Origin: the human T2T-CHM13v2.0 reference genome, Homo sapiens
NCBI RefSeq assembly: GCF_009914755.1
Contig: NC_060925.1
Reading direction: 5' to 3' (one strand)
Length of the DNA stretch: 64,000 nt
The notes below the pieces were generated by a model. It saw only the letters and a list, made by a program, of their open reading frames with translations. It ran no database searches and was not told the DNA's origin. The position numbers and the translations under genes are program-made. This document shows positions 29,349-47,746 of this stretch, piece by piece (position 1 is the first letter of the stretch; each line of letters begins with the position of its first letter).

Positions 29349-31247
29349 GGAAGGAATGCTTTTTCAAATGAAATTTAGATGTTCATCTTCTCACCTAAGG
29401 ACAAAAAGTATCATCCTACCCTAGAAAGCTAATCTGTTTTAAGGCTTGTAATGTAGTAAAGAGAACAATAATAATATTTAAAAAGTTAGTTTCAAAAAAT
29501 ATCTTAAGCCATGCTCTGAACATCATTTTAGGTAAGATGTACTAAGAGTTTCACAAGTAAGTTCCTTGTATGACATACAGGAAAGACTCAACAAATGGTT
29601 TTAAAGCTACTCAGTAAGGGGTTCCATAATTATTGCTAACATTATTGAGTACTGAGTATGTCCTAGGTACTGTTCTAAGTGCTTTACATAATGAACTCAT
29701 TATTACTGTATGTTTACAAAAATATGTAGTAGTTCTATTACATAGTTAGAACTATGAGGTACAGAGGTACGGAGAGGTTAAGATCACACAACTTTTCACA
29801 TCTGCTCAAGTTTATGAAAGCTAGTAACATTTAAACCCAAACAGGTTCAACTCAGGATCTGAACCCAGACAGTCTGACTCCAGAATCCATACTCAGAACT
29901 ATTATATAATTTTATACTGTGTTTTATATAATAAGACCTTCTAAAAATATTACTAGAATGCTGCCTCTTAAAAGTATATTATAAATTTAGGATAAGCCTA
30001 CTAATACCAAGCAAGCTAAGGCTGTAGTAGAAAAATAGGAATTAAAATTATCACATAGCATACAATTTTTTAGTTCTTTAGATTCTAAAATTGAGTTTTA
30101 TACTATCTCCCAAAAGTATTGAATTAGCTTTGAGTTCATTGTTAACAAGCTGGTAGAAATAAAAAAATGATTGACAGCATTTTTGCAGAGAATTTTCTAA
30201 TGGAATATTAATGTAATTTTAATTCAATCTGGGAAGATAACGATAATGGTTATTAAATAGACCATTGTTCTCATTCTATTCTAAATAATGGGACCAAGAA
30301 AAATACCTTTTTTAGTGTCATATTTTGTCTTTGAAACTCCAGTGAAGTAAATCACATGAAAATTCTCCAGAGGTTAAAAAGCTTGCTGGAATAGCATTAT
30401 AATTACCCACCTGAACATGATGCCATTCTAGAGACAACAGTTGTACAACTACCAAGTTCTAGCATGATAGGTTGAAATATCTATCTTAACAAATGCTCTT
30501 GTCTATCTCTAACACAATGTTTAAAGCTTAATTCATTCAGTAGAGACCACAAACACAAAGGATGATTTATACATAAAAAAGTGAGTTTGATGTGCTGTAG
30601 ATAATTTAGACACAAAATCCAACTTTAAATTATTTAGATAATTGAGGTTGAAATGCACTTTCAGGTTTAATTTTCTTTAAAATTTGTTTCTAGACTGGCC
30701 TCTTCTCTCATTGTTCTTCCTGCTTCCTCTTCCCTCCCAATTCTATGCCACACCCATTCTAATTTTTCAAATAGTCTATGTTCTCTCTCATTTCAGTAGT
30801 TTCATGTGTGATCTTTCCTATGCCCAAATGCTCTTTCTATACCAATGTTTCTCAATGTTTTTTTTTATTATTGCCCACCTAAGGAGACCTTCTTAGAAAT
30901 TCTTTCCTAGTCATCTTCCCTCCCCTCAATTAAATATTAAGAGGAATACAATTTTGTCACATAGGATTGAGCTTTGGATGGTGACAAAACAGTGTGATAG
31001 CTAAGATTTATCTTGTCTGCCAAGCACCCATTTTCTTCTCCTGGGGGAGATCATGCCCTTGTTGAGAGTGCATGTTCTCTACTCAGTCCAATTCCTGGTC
31101 CCCACCACCCTTCCTTGCACTTGGCTAACTCCTATTCCACTTGCCAAGTGCAGTTCTCAAATTCGACTTCATTCCCTCCCAAAAGCCTTCTTTGGTTCTA
31201 CGAGTCAGGGTCAGGTGCTTCTCCTATGTGCTTCTATTAAATGCAGT

Positions 31248-31785
31248 ACAGCAAGTCATCACTTAAAAGTGTCATATAGGTTCTTGGAAACTGCAGCTTT
31301 AAGCAAAATGATATACAGCATGACCAATTTTACCATAGGCTAATTGAGATAAATAAGAGTTCAGTTTCTACAGCATATTTCTGGTCACAAAATCACTACT
31401 ATACTTCTAAATAAAGAATGAAACACTTCTAATATGAAACATTGAAATAAATGTGAGCTATACATACATTTATTTTAAGGAACTGGCTTATGTGTTTGTG
31501 AGGGCTGGCAAATCTGAAATCTGCAGAGCAGGTTGGAGACTCAGGGAAGAACGGATGCTGCAACTGGAGTCAGAAGAACTCCCTCTTCCTTGAGGACCTC
31601 AGTCTTTTCCTCTTAAGGTTTTCCACTGAATGAGGCCCACCCATATTATGGATGGTAATTGGCTTTACTGAAAGCCTACTGATTTAAACGTTAATCTCAT
31701 CTAAAATACACCTTCACAGCAATACCTAGACTGATGTTTGGCAAATATCTGGGTACCAGGGCATAGCCAAGGTGACACCATCACA
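31248..31785. mobile_element. Tigger/MER47-like fragment followed by an MLT2-like LTR fragment
   Basis: ataggttcttggaaactgc motif; ggctggcaaatctgaaatctgcag motif. Confidence 0.55.
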
Positions 31786-32294
31786 GTGTCCAACATATAG
31801 TTATGCCTAGCACATAGTTTTAAATAATTATCTGATGAATGAATTTTTTTAAAAAAACCTCACTCACATTACAGGGTGAACTTATGGTGTCAGTTAGCTC
31901 TATCAGTCAGCTAAAGTTCGTTTATGCTTCAGTGATAAATGACCCCAAAGTCTTGGTGGCCTAAAATCATAAAGGTTTTCTTGTTCATACTACATATCCA
32001 CTGAGGTTCAGCTGCTGCCCTGGTCTGTGTCACTGTCATTCTGAGACATAGGCTGATGAAACAGCCTTCACCTGGAACACTGCCTGTTTCATGGCAGAGG
32101 GAAGAGGCTCTTAAAAGGTTCTGTTAGGATGTGCACACATCACTTCTTTTCATATTTTATTGGGCAGAGCAATTTCACAGCTAAGCTTCACATCAGTGGG
32201 GCAAGGAAATGTAACTGTCCAGCAGGGAACAGCAGCAAATAATTGTGAAAAACATGGTGGAAATGAAGTCTGGAGGTATAATGAGATACGTGGT

Positions 32295-32743
32295 TGCTAT
32301 GGGTTGGACCATGCCCCCCTTAGTTTCATATGTTGAAGTCCTAACTCCCAGTTCCTCCGGATGTAATCTTATGTGGATATAGGGTTACTGCAGATGTAAT
32401 TAGTTAAGATGAGGTCATTAGCGTGAACCCTAATCCAATATGACTGGTGGTCTTATAAAAAGGTGAGATCTGGACATATACATAGACCCTGTGTGAAGAT
32501 GAAGGCACAGACTAAGGTGATGCTCCTACCAGCCAAGGAATGCAGAGATTTCCAGGCAATCACCAGATGATAGTGGGGGTGGGGTATAGAACAATCTTAT
32601 TCACAGCTCTCAGAAGGAACTGGCCATGCTGATACTTATCTCAGACTTTTAGCCTCCCAAACAATGAGGGAATAAACTGCTGTTATTTAGTAAGCCACCT
32701 AGTTTGTAGTACTTTGTTAAGGCAACCTGAGGGAACTAACACA
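32295..32743 (+). mobile_element. MaLR LTR (MLT1B/C-like)
   Basis: gttaagatgaggtcat...ccctaatccaatatgactggtg...taagccacctagtttgtagtactttgtta. Confidence 0.7.
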
Positions 32744-33111
32744 CTGGTGAAAGTTTACAAGACACTATACAATGTTCGGAGTCACCAAGATTCTGCAGTA
32801 GATGCAAATGCTCACTGTCTAAGTAAGAACTACTTCCCAGAGCAGATCCAGTATCAGGTAATTAAAATCAACCTAGAATCCTACGGGGAATCAGGGCATG
32901 AGTCCCAGGCAAGTAAGGGAATGTCTATAAGGCTTGTATAACTTCTGGATCAGCTAACCCTGTGATATGACTTTGGCTACCAGGGTGATTAAAGGCCTAT
33001 ACTTCCATGTTATTAACGCAAAACTGCTAGTGAAATCAAAGGTAGCATCTTTTAACCTTACTTATGCTCACTTGAGGCTAATTTCTAGAACAATGAAGTT
33101 CTAGAAATTCA

Positions 33112-33126
33112 CCACCAGGTGGCAAG
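33112..33126 (+). promoter_or_regulatory. CTCF-like motif CCACCAGGTGGCAAG
   Basis: Core consensus match. Confidence 0.45.
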
Positions 33127-33861
33127 CTTGACAAAGATAAGGAAAAGATTAAGTCTTTAAAAAAGTTTGGACAGATCGAAAAAAACTAATACTGTATGTT
33201 GAACCCATGATCTTAAGACCCTAGTCCATCAAAGTTTCAATTGTATATATTTTTAGGACTCTTCCCATAAGATCTGAGGCAGGTGAGATGGGACAGGTAC
33301 AGAAAAAGTCTTCCTAAATGATGGGCTGAAGCTGGGAGAATTGAGGCTGTGGATATCTGTGTAGTATGGGCTGTGAATCAAGTCTTCATCCAGAGAAGTC
33401 AAGGTCACAGCCAAAAAGTTTAATATTAGTAACAATAATAATAACTGCAAGAAAAGGCCAGAAATAGGAAATGCAAAGCTCATGGATGGAGAGGTGAAAA
33501 CAGAACCAGGCTTGGGAAACAGATGGATACCACACTTCGGGACCAGGAAAGAGCAGAAGTGGGCACCCTTTTCATGGGGGGCCTGGATGCTGGAGGGCCC
33601 AAATGTTACTGTCTTTTAGATCTATGAAGTGGGGATTTGTAGTTGCAATCATGTGTCATTTAAAAATATTTTTAATTGTCTCTTAACAAAGTACTGTATC
33701 TTAAGTATTTTATGAATTTTCTGAGTCATAAAAATTTCACTTTTAATTACAACGTATGTTTTTGGTTGTTTTTGTGCCATATTTTACTCATTCATTCCCC
33801 TGTTGCTGGGCATGTTATTTCAGTGTCTTGTTGTCTTGCAATGCATTTTGGTGTCTCTCTC

Positions 33862-34843
33862 TTTTTTTTTTTTTTTTTTTTTTTTTGAGACAGAGTCTTG
33901 CTGTTGGCCAGGCCGTAGTGCAGTGGCATGATCTCGGCTCACTGCAACCTCTGCCTCTTGGGTTCAAGCGATTCCCCTGCCTCAGCCTGGGACTGAGAGA
34001 TGAAGCCAGGTGGACTTCCTGGGTCGAGTGGGGACTTGGAGAACTTTTCTGTCTAGCTAGAGGATTATAAATGCACCAATCAGCGCTCTGTGTCTAGCTA
34101 AAGGATTGTAAATGCACCAATCAGCATTCAGTAAAAATGCACCAATCAGCGCTCTGGGTCTTGCTAAAGGATTGTAAACGCACCAAATCAGCACTCTGTG
34201 TCTAGCTAAAGGATTGTAAACACACCAATTAGCACTCTGTAAAATGGACCAATCAGCACTCTGTAAAATGGACCAATCGGTGCTCTGTAAAATGGACCAA
34301 TCAGCAGGATGTGGGCAGGGCCAAATAAGGGAATAAAGGCCGGCCACGTGAGCCAGCAGGGGCAACCTGTCCGGGTCCCCTTCCGTGGTGTGGAAGCTTT
34401 GTTCTTTTCACACTTCATAATAAATCTTGCTGCTGCTCACTCTTTGGGTCCGCACCACCTTTAAGAGCTGTAACATTAACCCGAGGGTCTGTGGCTTCAT
34501 TCTTGAAGTCAGCGAGACCACGAACCCACTGGAAGGAAGAAACTCTGGACACATCTGAAGGAACAAACTCCAGACACACCATCTTTAAGAGCTGTAACAC
34601 TCACCACAAGGGTCTGTGGCTTCATTCTTGAAGCGAGCGAGACCAAGAACCCACAGGAAGGAATAAATTCCGGACACAGGACTACCGGCACGTGCCACCA
34701 TGCCTGGCTAATTTTTTGTATTTTTAGTAGAGACTGGGTTTCACCACGTTAGCCAGGATGGTCTTGATCTCCTGACCTCGTGATCTGCCCACCTTGGCCT
34801 CCCAAAGTGCTGGGATTACAGGCATGAGCCACAGCGCCCAGCC
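33862..34843 (-). mobile_element. Alu split in two (33862-33993 and 34679-34843) by an LTR12 insertion
   Basis: Alu sequence resumes as ggactac...cacgtgccacc after the LTR. Confidence 0.88.
33994..34678 (+). mobile_element. Solo ERV9 LTR (LTR12 family), TG...CA termini, 4-bp TSD GGAC
   Basis: Seven CCAAT boxes in tandem units, AATAAA TATA-like box at 34332, poly(A) signal at 34419, duplicated U5 units. Confidence 0.93.
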
Positions 34844-35063
34844 CCACATTTCAGTGTTTCTACTGTGCATTTTAATTATATGGTCTCTGCTCTTTTCCCC
34901 TGCATTTTAAAGTTTCACGTGGAAGGTGAGTGCTGTATTGTAACAAAACTAATTATCACAAGAAGGATAATATCCTCAATATTATAGTCATCTGGTTCTA
35001 TCAAACTAAACACATTTAACTTTTGATTTACTTTTATTGAAGCTTTACATTATATATACAACA

Positions 35064-37438
<2,375 letters not shown>

Positions 37439-37439
37439 A

Positions 37440-37525
37440 TTGTATATAGATATGTATGTATATAATATATACACATATGTATATATGTATATAATATACA
37501 CATGTATGTATATGTTATGTATATT
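37440..37525. repeat. (TA)n/(TATG)n low-complexity repeat
   Basis: Direct reading. Confidence 0.8.
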
Positions 37526-37741
37526 TTGATGTTCCAACCATCACAGTGATGACATTTAGTATTAATTCATTCCTTAGCACTTGTACCACTTCCTAAGTGT
37601 CTTTGTTTAAACACAGATCTTAAAAAGAAACTGTTATGTTCTTTCCTAGCTTTTTTGCTTTTTCTTTCCTGCTATAAAATTGTGTTGGCTGCTCATGCTT
37701 CTTTGAGATTTTATTACTTCTCCGGGTGGAGTTGTGGTGTC

Positions 37742-38345
<604 letters not shown>

Positions 38346-38814
38346 GGAGTTGTGATTTTTGCTAAAGGGCAGAGTACATGCTTCAGATTGAACAGTGGGG
38401 AAGAGACAAGTGCATAAGATGCCTTAGAAGCTCCGAAGCTATAGTAATCAGATCTCTTAGTTATGTGAGAGAAACTCAATCTGAAACAGTTTAGATGAAA
38501 AGGGAGAATTCATTAGAAAGGTCATGTTACCATGGGAAAGGCAGAGGTCCAGCCAGACTGAATGGTAACAGAAACCAGGAACTTGAACATCACAGGGCTT
38601 TGCTTCATCTCCATTTGTACCCATTATCTCAGTTTGCATTTCTTTACTTGAGACTAAACAGAGTCACATCTCCCACCTTCATGGCCATAGAGGGACTGAG
38701 AGATGAACACTCAAAAAATGTTAATTATTATTAAGGCTTGACTTAAAAAAACTATAAGATCTATATATCATTCAGTGGGCTCAAGTATCTCTTAAAAAGT
38801 TGCCAGATTCTGAG

Positions 38815-39715
38815 CCATATAATGAAAGAAAAGTATTTACGAACATGTGTCTTACAAAGGACTTTAATACAGTATATATAAAGAACTTTTACAACTCAAT
38901 AAGACAAACAATCCAATTAAAAGTGGGCAAAAGATTTGACAGCCACTTCACAGAAAATATACAACTGGCCAAAAAGTACCTTAAAAGATGCTTACCAGCA
39001 TTAGTCACCCGGGGAAATGAAAATAAAACCACAATGAGATACCACTAGATTCCCATCAGAATGGCTGAAAACTGAGTGTTGGCAGTTGGAACTCTATACA
39101 ACCCTGGTGGGAATATAAAAGGGTATAGCCCCTTTGGAAAACAAACAGTTTGGCAGTTACTTTATTAAACATAAATCTGCCATGCAACCCAACCATTTTA
39201 CTGGTAGGTATTTACCCAAGAGAAAGGAAAACCTATGTCTACACAGTGGCTTGTACACAAATGTTCCTAACAGTTTTATTCACAGTAGCCCCAAACTGGA
39301 AACAATCCCAAGGTCCATCAACAGGTGAGTAGAAAAACAAATAATGGCATATTCACATAATGGGACACTACTCAGCAATAAAAGGAATAAGCTACTGATA
39401 CACTGCAACCTGGTGAATTTCAAAGTCATTGTGTGTGAAAGAAACCATAAACAAAAAAGTACATGCTACACAATCCCATTTATATAAAATACTAAACACC
39501 ACCACAAAGCAAACTAATATATGGTGACAAAGACAAATCAGCAGCGTGAGGGATGGACTGCAAAGGAACTTGAGGAATCTTTTGGGGGCGATGGAAGTGT
39601 TCTGCATGTTGATGGTGACAGTGGCTTCATGGCATATACATCTGTCAAAATAACCATTGAGTTGTAATTCTAAACAGATACAGTTTACTGTAACTTGATA
39701 AAGCTGAATTTAAAA
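38815..39715 (+). mobile_element. L1M 3' end fragment
   Basis: ORF 38800-39048 ends ...KTTMRYH (L1 ORF2 C-terminus); L1 3' UTR motifs. Confidence 0.8.
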
Positions 39716-39816
39716 AGCTGCCAGAGTATTCTGAAATCATGCCTTCTTTTCTCCCTCTGGACCAAGCACCCGCCCAAGCAAGCCAACTTTAACAAAATTA
39801 TCTCATAGATTTTGGA

Positions 39817-43365
<3,549 letters not shown>

Positions 43366-43423
43366 TGGATGCTTTTTAAGGTATGGCTATCCATTCAAAA
43401 AACCAGGAAAATTACTTTCTTTT

Positions 43424-43438
43424 GCCACTAGATGGCAG
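43424..43438 (+). promoter_or_regulatory. CTCF-like motif GCCACTAGATGGCAG
   Basis: Matches the CCAC(C/T)AG(A/G)(G/T)GGC core. Confidence 0.6.
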
Positions 43439-43457
43439 AGGAAAACAACAGAATGTT

Positions 43458-43490
43458 CCTGTAATGGTGGAAGAAATGAAAGTAAAACTC
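43458..43490 (-). promoter_or_regulatory. 3' splice acceptor of the RBMXL1 terminal exon (AG 43459-43460; exon starts 240 nt before the ATG)
   Basis: ttttactttcatttcttccaccattacag|GAAC: long pyrimidine tract plus CAG, in host DNA upstream of the retrocopy. Confidence 0.8.
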
Positions 43491-43584
43491 AGAAGTGGAA
43501 ATGTAAAGCAGGGAAAGATGCTTAAAGATACATAAAAAATGCAATTATATTAAGCTCAAAAGTGTGTATAATTAACAGGAGCCC

Positions 43585-43595
43585 TTTTTTTGTTG

Positions 43596-43627
<32 letters not shown>

Positions 43628-43905
43628 TAGACAGGAGTCTCACAGTGTTGCCCAGGCTGGAGTGCAGCGGCGCAATCTTGGCTCACTGCAACCTCTGCCT
43701 CCCAGGCTCAAGCCATTCTTGTGCCTCAGCCACCTGAGTAGCTTGGATTACCGGCATGCGCCACCACACCTGGCTAATTTTTGTATTTTAGTAGAGCAGG
43801 GTTTCACCATGTTGGCCATGCTGGTATGGAACTCCTAGCCCAAGTGATCCGCCTGCCTCGGCCTCCCAGTGTTGGGATTATAAGGGTGAGCTACCACGGC
43901 TGGCC
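43585..43905 (-). mobile_element. AluS with long T tail, ~130 nt upstream of the RBMXL1 acceptor
   Basis: Full dimer. Confidence 0.88.
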
Positions 43906-45281
43906 TTAACTGGAACTTTGAAACAACATATAGTTTGTTACTTTATTTTATAAAGAATTATTTGTGCCTGATACGCTGTAGCTATTTAACATCTGTTGAC
44001 TGAACAGATCTGCTGAGTGAAAGGGAAGCAATTTGGACTCCCTCTGAGAGATAATGTATTTGGGGAAAAAATTGTACTTCAATAGAAAACTATGCACTGG
44101 CCACAGCACAGCTTTAGGGCTGATATTTGCAGGGCTAGAATTTGCCTTTGAGTTATTCTGGGCTTTTGTAAATTGAAGCTAAGTGACAGGCATGCAAATT
44201 CTGGTTCTAGCATTTTGATTATCTTCCCTCCACCCTGTAGAAAAAACAGTTTTGCCTTCATTTGCAATCCAATTCCTTTACTACATATGAATTTGTGCTT
44301 TTTGACTTTCCATATGTACTGGTTATAACTTCTGTCTGGTTACTTCATATCACATGAGTGAAATAAAAATCTTTAGCACATGTTCATTTTTATATTTGTA
44401 TGAGTCATGATTTAACCTTTTTCTGAAAATTATATTTTAACAATTACTTCAGAGAAACAAGCTTATTGGAAACAAGGCTTTCTCTAAATCTGAAAGCTGA
44501 TAACAGCTAAATACATGGCTGGAATGCCAGAAATGGAGTCAGGCCAAGTGGAGAACAAAAAGCCTGGTTTATTCTCTCAAAAAAAATTGGGTTCAAGCCA
44601 AGACCTTGGAAGAGTGAGTAAGTGAAGGGAGTGCGTGAGTATTGTCCTCACCCATATCAATAGGCCTGGGGCCCTTCTGCCTGCCTACACTGTGTAATCT
44701 CAGCTCCCCCAATCACAGCTATAAATCAGAGTTGGACAGTCAGGCTGAACCAATCAAGACAACTAGAAGTTTGGGTTTGAGGCTGAGAAACAGGCTGTTT
44801 CTTCTGGGCACATGAAACAGAAGATTGGTAAGTTTGAATCTGGGCAAGTCTGTGTTCAATCCCTCACACACATGCCATGTTCTGTGCCAAAAACACACCT
44901 ACGTTCCAAGTATATTGTTCAAGGTTGTTTAATGCAAAGAGCTTTCAAGCCAGATAGATCTTAGTTCAAAATTAAACATCAAAACTCCTAGTGTGTGAAG
45001 TAGGCAGGTTACCTGACATCTCTGAAATTCAGTTTCCTTATTTGCTAAGCAGGAAAATGAATACCTGCCCCATGTAAGTGCTATGGCAATTAAATGAGGC
45101 AAAGCCATAAGCAGAAAAATATAGTTCATGGCATACAATATATATACTCCAAAACTAGTGCCCACTCAGAAAGTAGGAAAGATTCTCTTAGATACAAGTA
45201 AGGATGAGTAACTTTGCACTAAAGGAGGCAAAGAGATATTGGGTATGGACTAAATGTACAAAAGGTGATACTTTCACATCA

Positions 45282-45639
<358 letters not shown>

Positions 45640-45738
45640 CTAAGGAAAAGGTTTTGTCCAGTGTTGCTTTTGCGCTTCTCTGGTGGACATTTAAATTTTA
45701 GACTCTCTTAAAAAAAAAAAAATTAATAGACTATTTTA

Positions 45739-45987
45739 GGGCCAGGCGCGGTGGCTCACGCCTGTAATCCCAGCACTTTGGGAGGCCGAGGCAGGTGGAT
45801 CACAAGGTCAGGAGATTGAGACCATCCTGGACTACAGGTGTGTGCCCAGCTAATGTTTTGTATGTTTAATAGAGATGAGGTTTTGCCATGTTGCCCAGGC
45901 TGGTCTTGAACTCCTGGTCTCAAGCGATCCACTGGCCTCAGCCTCCCAAAGTGCTGGGATTGCAGGTGTTAGCCACTGCGCCCCGCC
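45739..45987. mobile_element. Fused inverted Alu fragments (plus left arm 45739-45830 joined to a minus Alu 45829-45987)
   Basis: ...gagaccatcctgg|actacagg... junction. Confidence 0.8.
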
Positions 45988-47647
45988 TACATTTTTCCTT
46001 TAGCATTCAAAACATTCTTTAAAATTAGAGAATATGTAAAATGTTTTTGTAAAAAAGCAAGTAATACAGGAAAATACAGCCTATCCTTCATTCTATTCCC
46101 TTCCCGGCAGATTTTCATGACATTAAGGATGATGTGGATGAAACGAATATTCTAAGTAAGTTCACAGTAACTTATCTGGCTGGTTCTGACAAGTCTTTCT
46201 TGATTTAAACTTATCACTATTGCTTTTGTAACACTGGCCAGTGTTTTTCATTCGTCCAGCAATAGGAAGAATATTTATCTTTATCCCTGTGCGACTATTT
46301 TAAATGCAAAGCCTCTGATGAACTGTAGACACTTTTCCAATGTAGTTAAAATGATACAAACACTTTGGCAGTTACTTAATTAAACATAAAGCTACCACAC
46401 AACCCAACCATTCCACTGCTAGGTATGGAGAGGGGTTAGTGCTATCCCAAATAGTCCACAAGTTTGAATAATGCATTGTCAGTGGTTTTTGCCTGGGACA
46501 TACATCAGAATCAGCTGGAAAGATTTTTCAAAATACATTCCAGATATGTAGAATTAGAATGCATAATGGTGAGCCCTGGCATACGTAGTCTAATAAAAGT
46601 TCCACAAATGAGGATTGTGCACACAAATGCCCTTTTAGTGCCATGGTTTCATATGTTCACCTTGGGGAAGCACAACCACTTCCCTGGCTTCAACCGACTT
46701 CTATGTTGGGAGAGGGCCTGAAAAAGGTGGTCACGGTGGCATAAAGAGGAGAGAATTCAAGACAGTTATGAGGTAGAATTCATAAGATTTACATATAGAA
46801 GACACTGATGATGGTTTTTATGAAAATTTTAAACCACTGAGAAAATTTTAAACCAGTTGAGAGATTAGAATTAGGTTGAATACAAAATTGTCAATATTCA
46901 ACCAGTTATGACAAAAATGGTACTTCATATGCCAAAAATGGAATTTTCATACAAAAATAGCAATTTCATATACTTTAACCTAATATAAAACACTCATATG
47001 CACACTACCCAGATTCAGTAATTCTCAAGATTTTGCCTCTTTTTTTCTGTAATTGCTGAGTAACTTTAGAATAAATCTTAGACCTTAGGTCATTACATCC
47101 CTACATACTTGGCATATTATCTAAAAAATATTGCTACTTATATAACTGCAATTTCATTACCACACCTCACCAACAATAATTTCTTGTTAACATCTAATAC
47201 CCAGTCCACATTCGTATCTCTCTGATTGTCTTTAAAAAATGTCTTTCTGCATTTTGGTTGACTGAATCAAGTTCCTAAAGCAGATGTACGTATTGTATTT
47301 GGTGGTTATGGGTTTTAAACCTTTTTCGATCCCTGAGCAGTCCTCCTGAAATATCCTCTTCTACTTTTTTCCCATGCCACTGGACCTATATTCATAACTT
47401 GAAGGGTTTTGTGAAGACAAAATGAGGTAATGAATATATAATGACCAGCACATGGCCTGATCCACAGACAGGCAAGCAGTTGCTCAGTGAATGTCAATTC
47501 TAGTCAATGACAAGAGACACCTTCAGCATATGTAATAGAAATGTTCATTTCAATAAAGTATTTGTAAAAAAGCATCTGAAAAATTACATATTTTTTGGAC
47601 AGTGCAGAATATGTACAATAATTTATCTGTAAGTAAGCAATACCTAC

Positions 47648-47746
47648 AGCAGAAGTAGAGAATCCGAGGATTTTGGAAGAAGAAATTGTCTTCAGGAATT
47701 TTGCTCTACCGCTAAGAGAGCAGAGGCTCCTCTGGGCCAAAAACAT
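47648..47746 (-). CDS. KYAT3: KYAT3 exon 2 coding part (exon 47648-47747): MFLAQRSLCSLSGRAKFLKTISSSKILGFSTSA, predicted mitochondrial transit peptide
   Basis: taatag|C ATG acceptor, GCT|gtaggt donor; 33 codons, rich in R/K/S/L with no acidic residues; in phase with exon 3. Confidence 0.92.

Noticed and set aside
34050-34310. CRISPR-like regularly spaced repeats
   Set aside because: These are the CCAAT-containing U3 tandem units of LTR12 in a eukaryotic genome, with no unique spacers or cas genes
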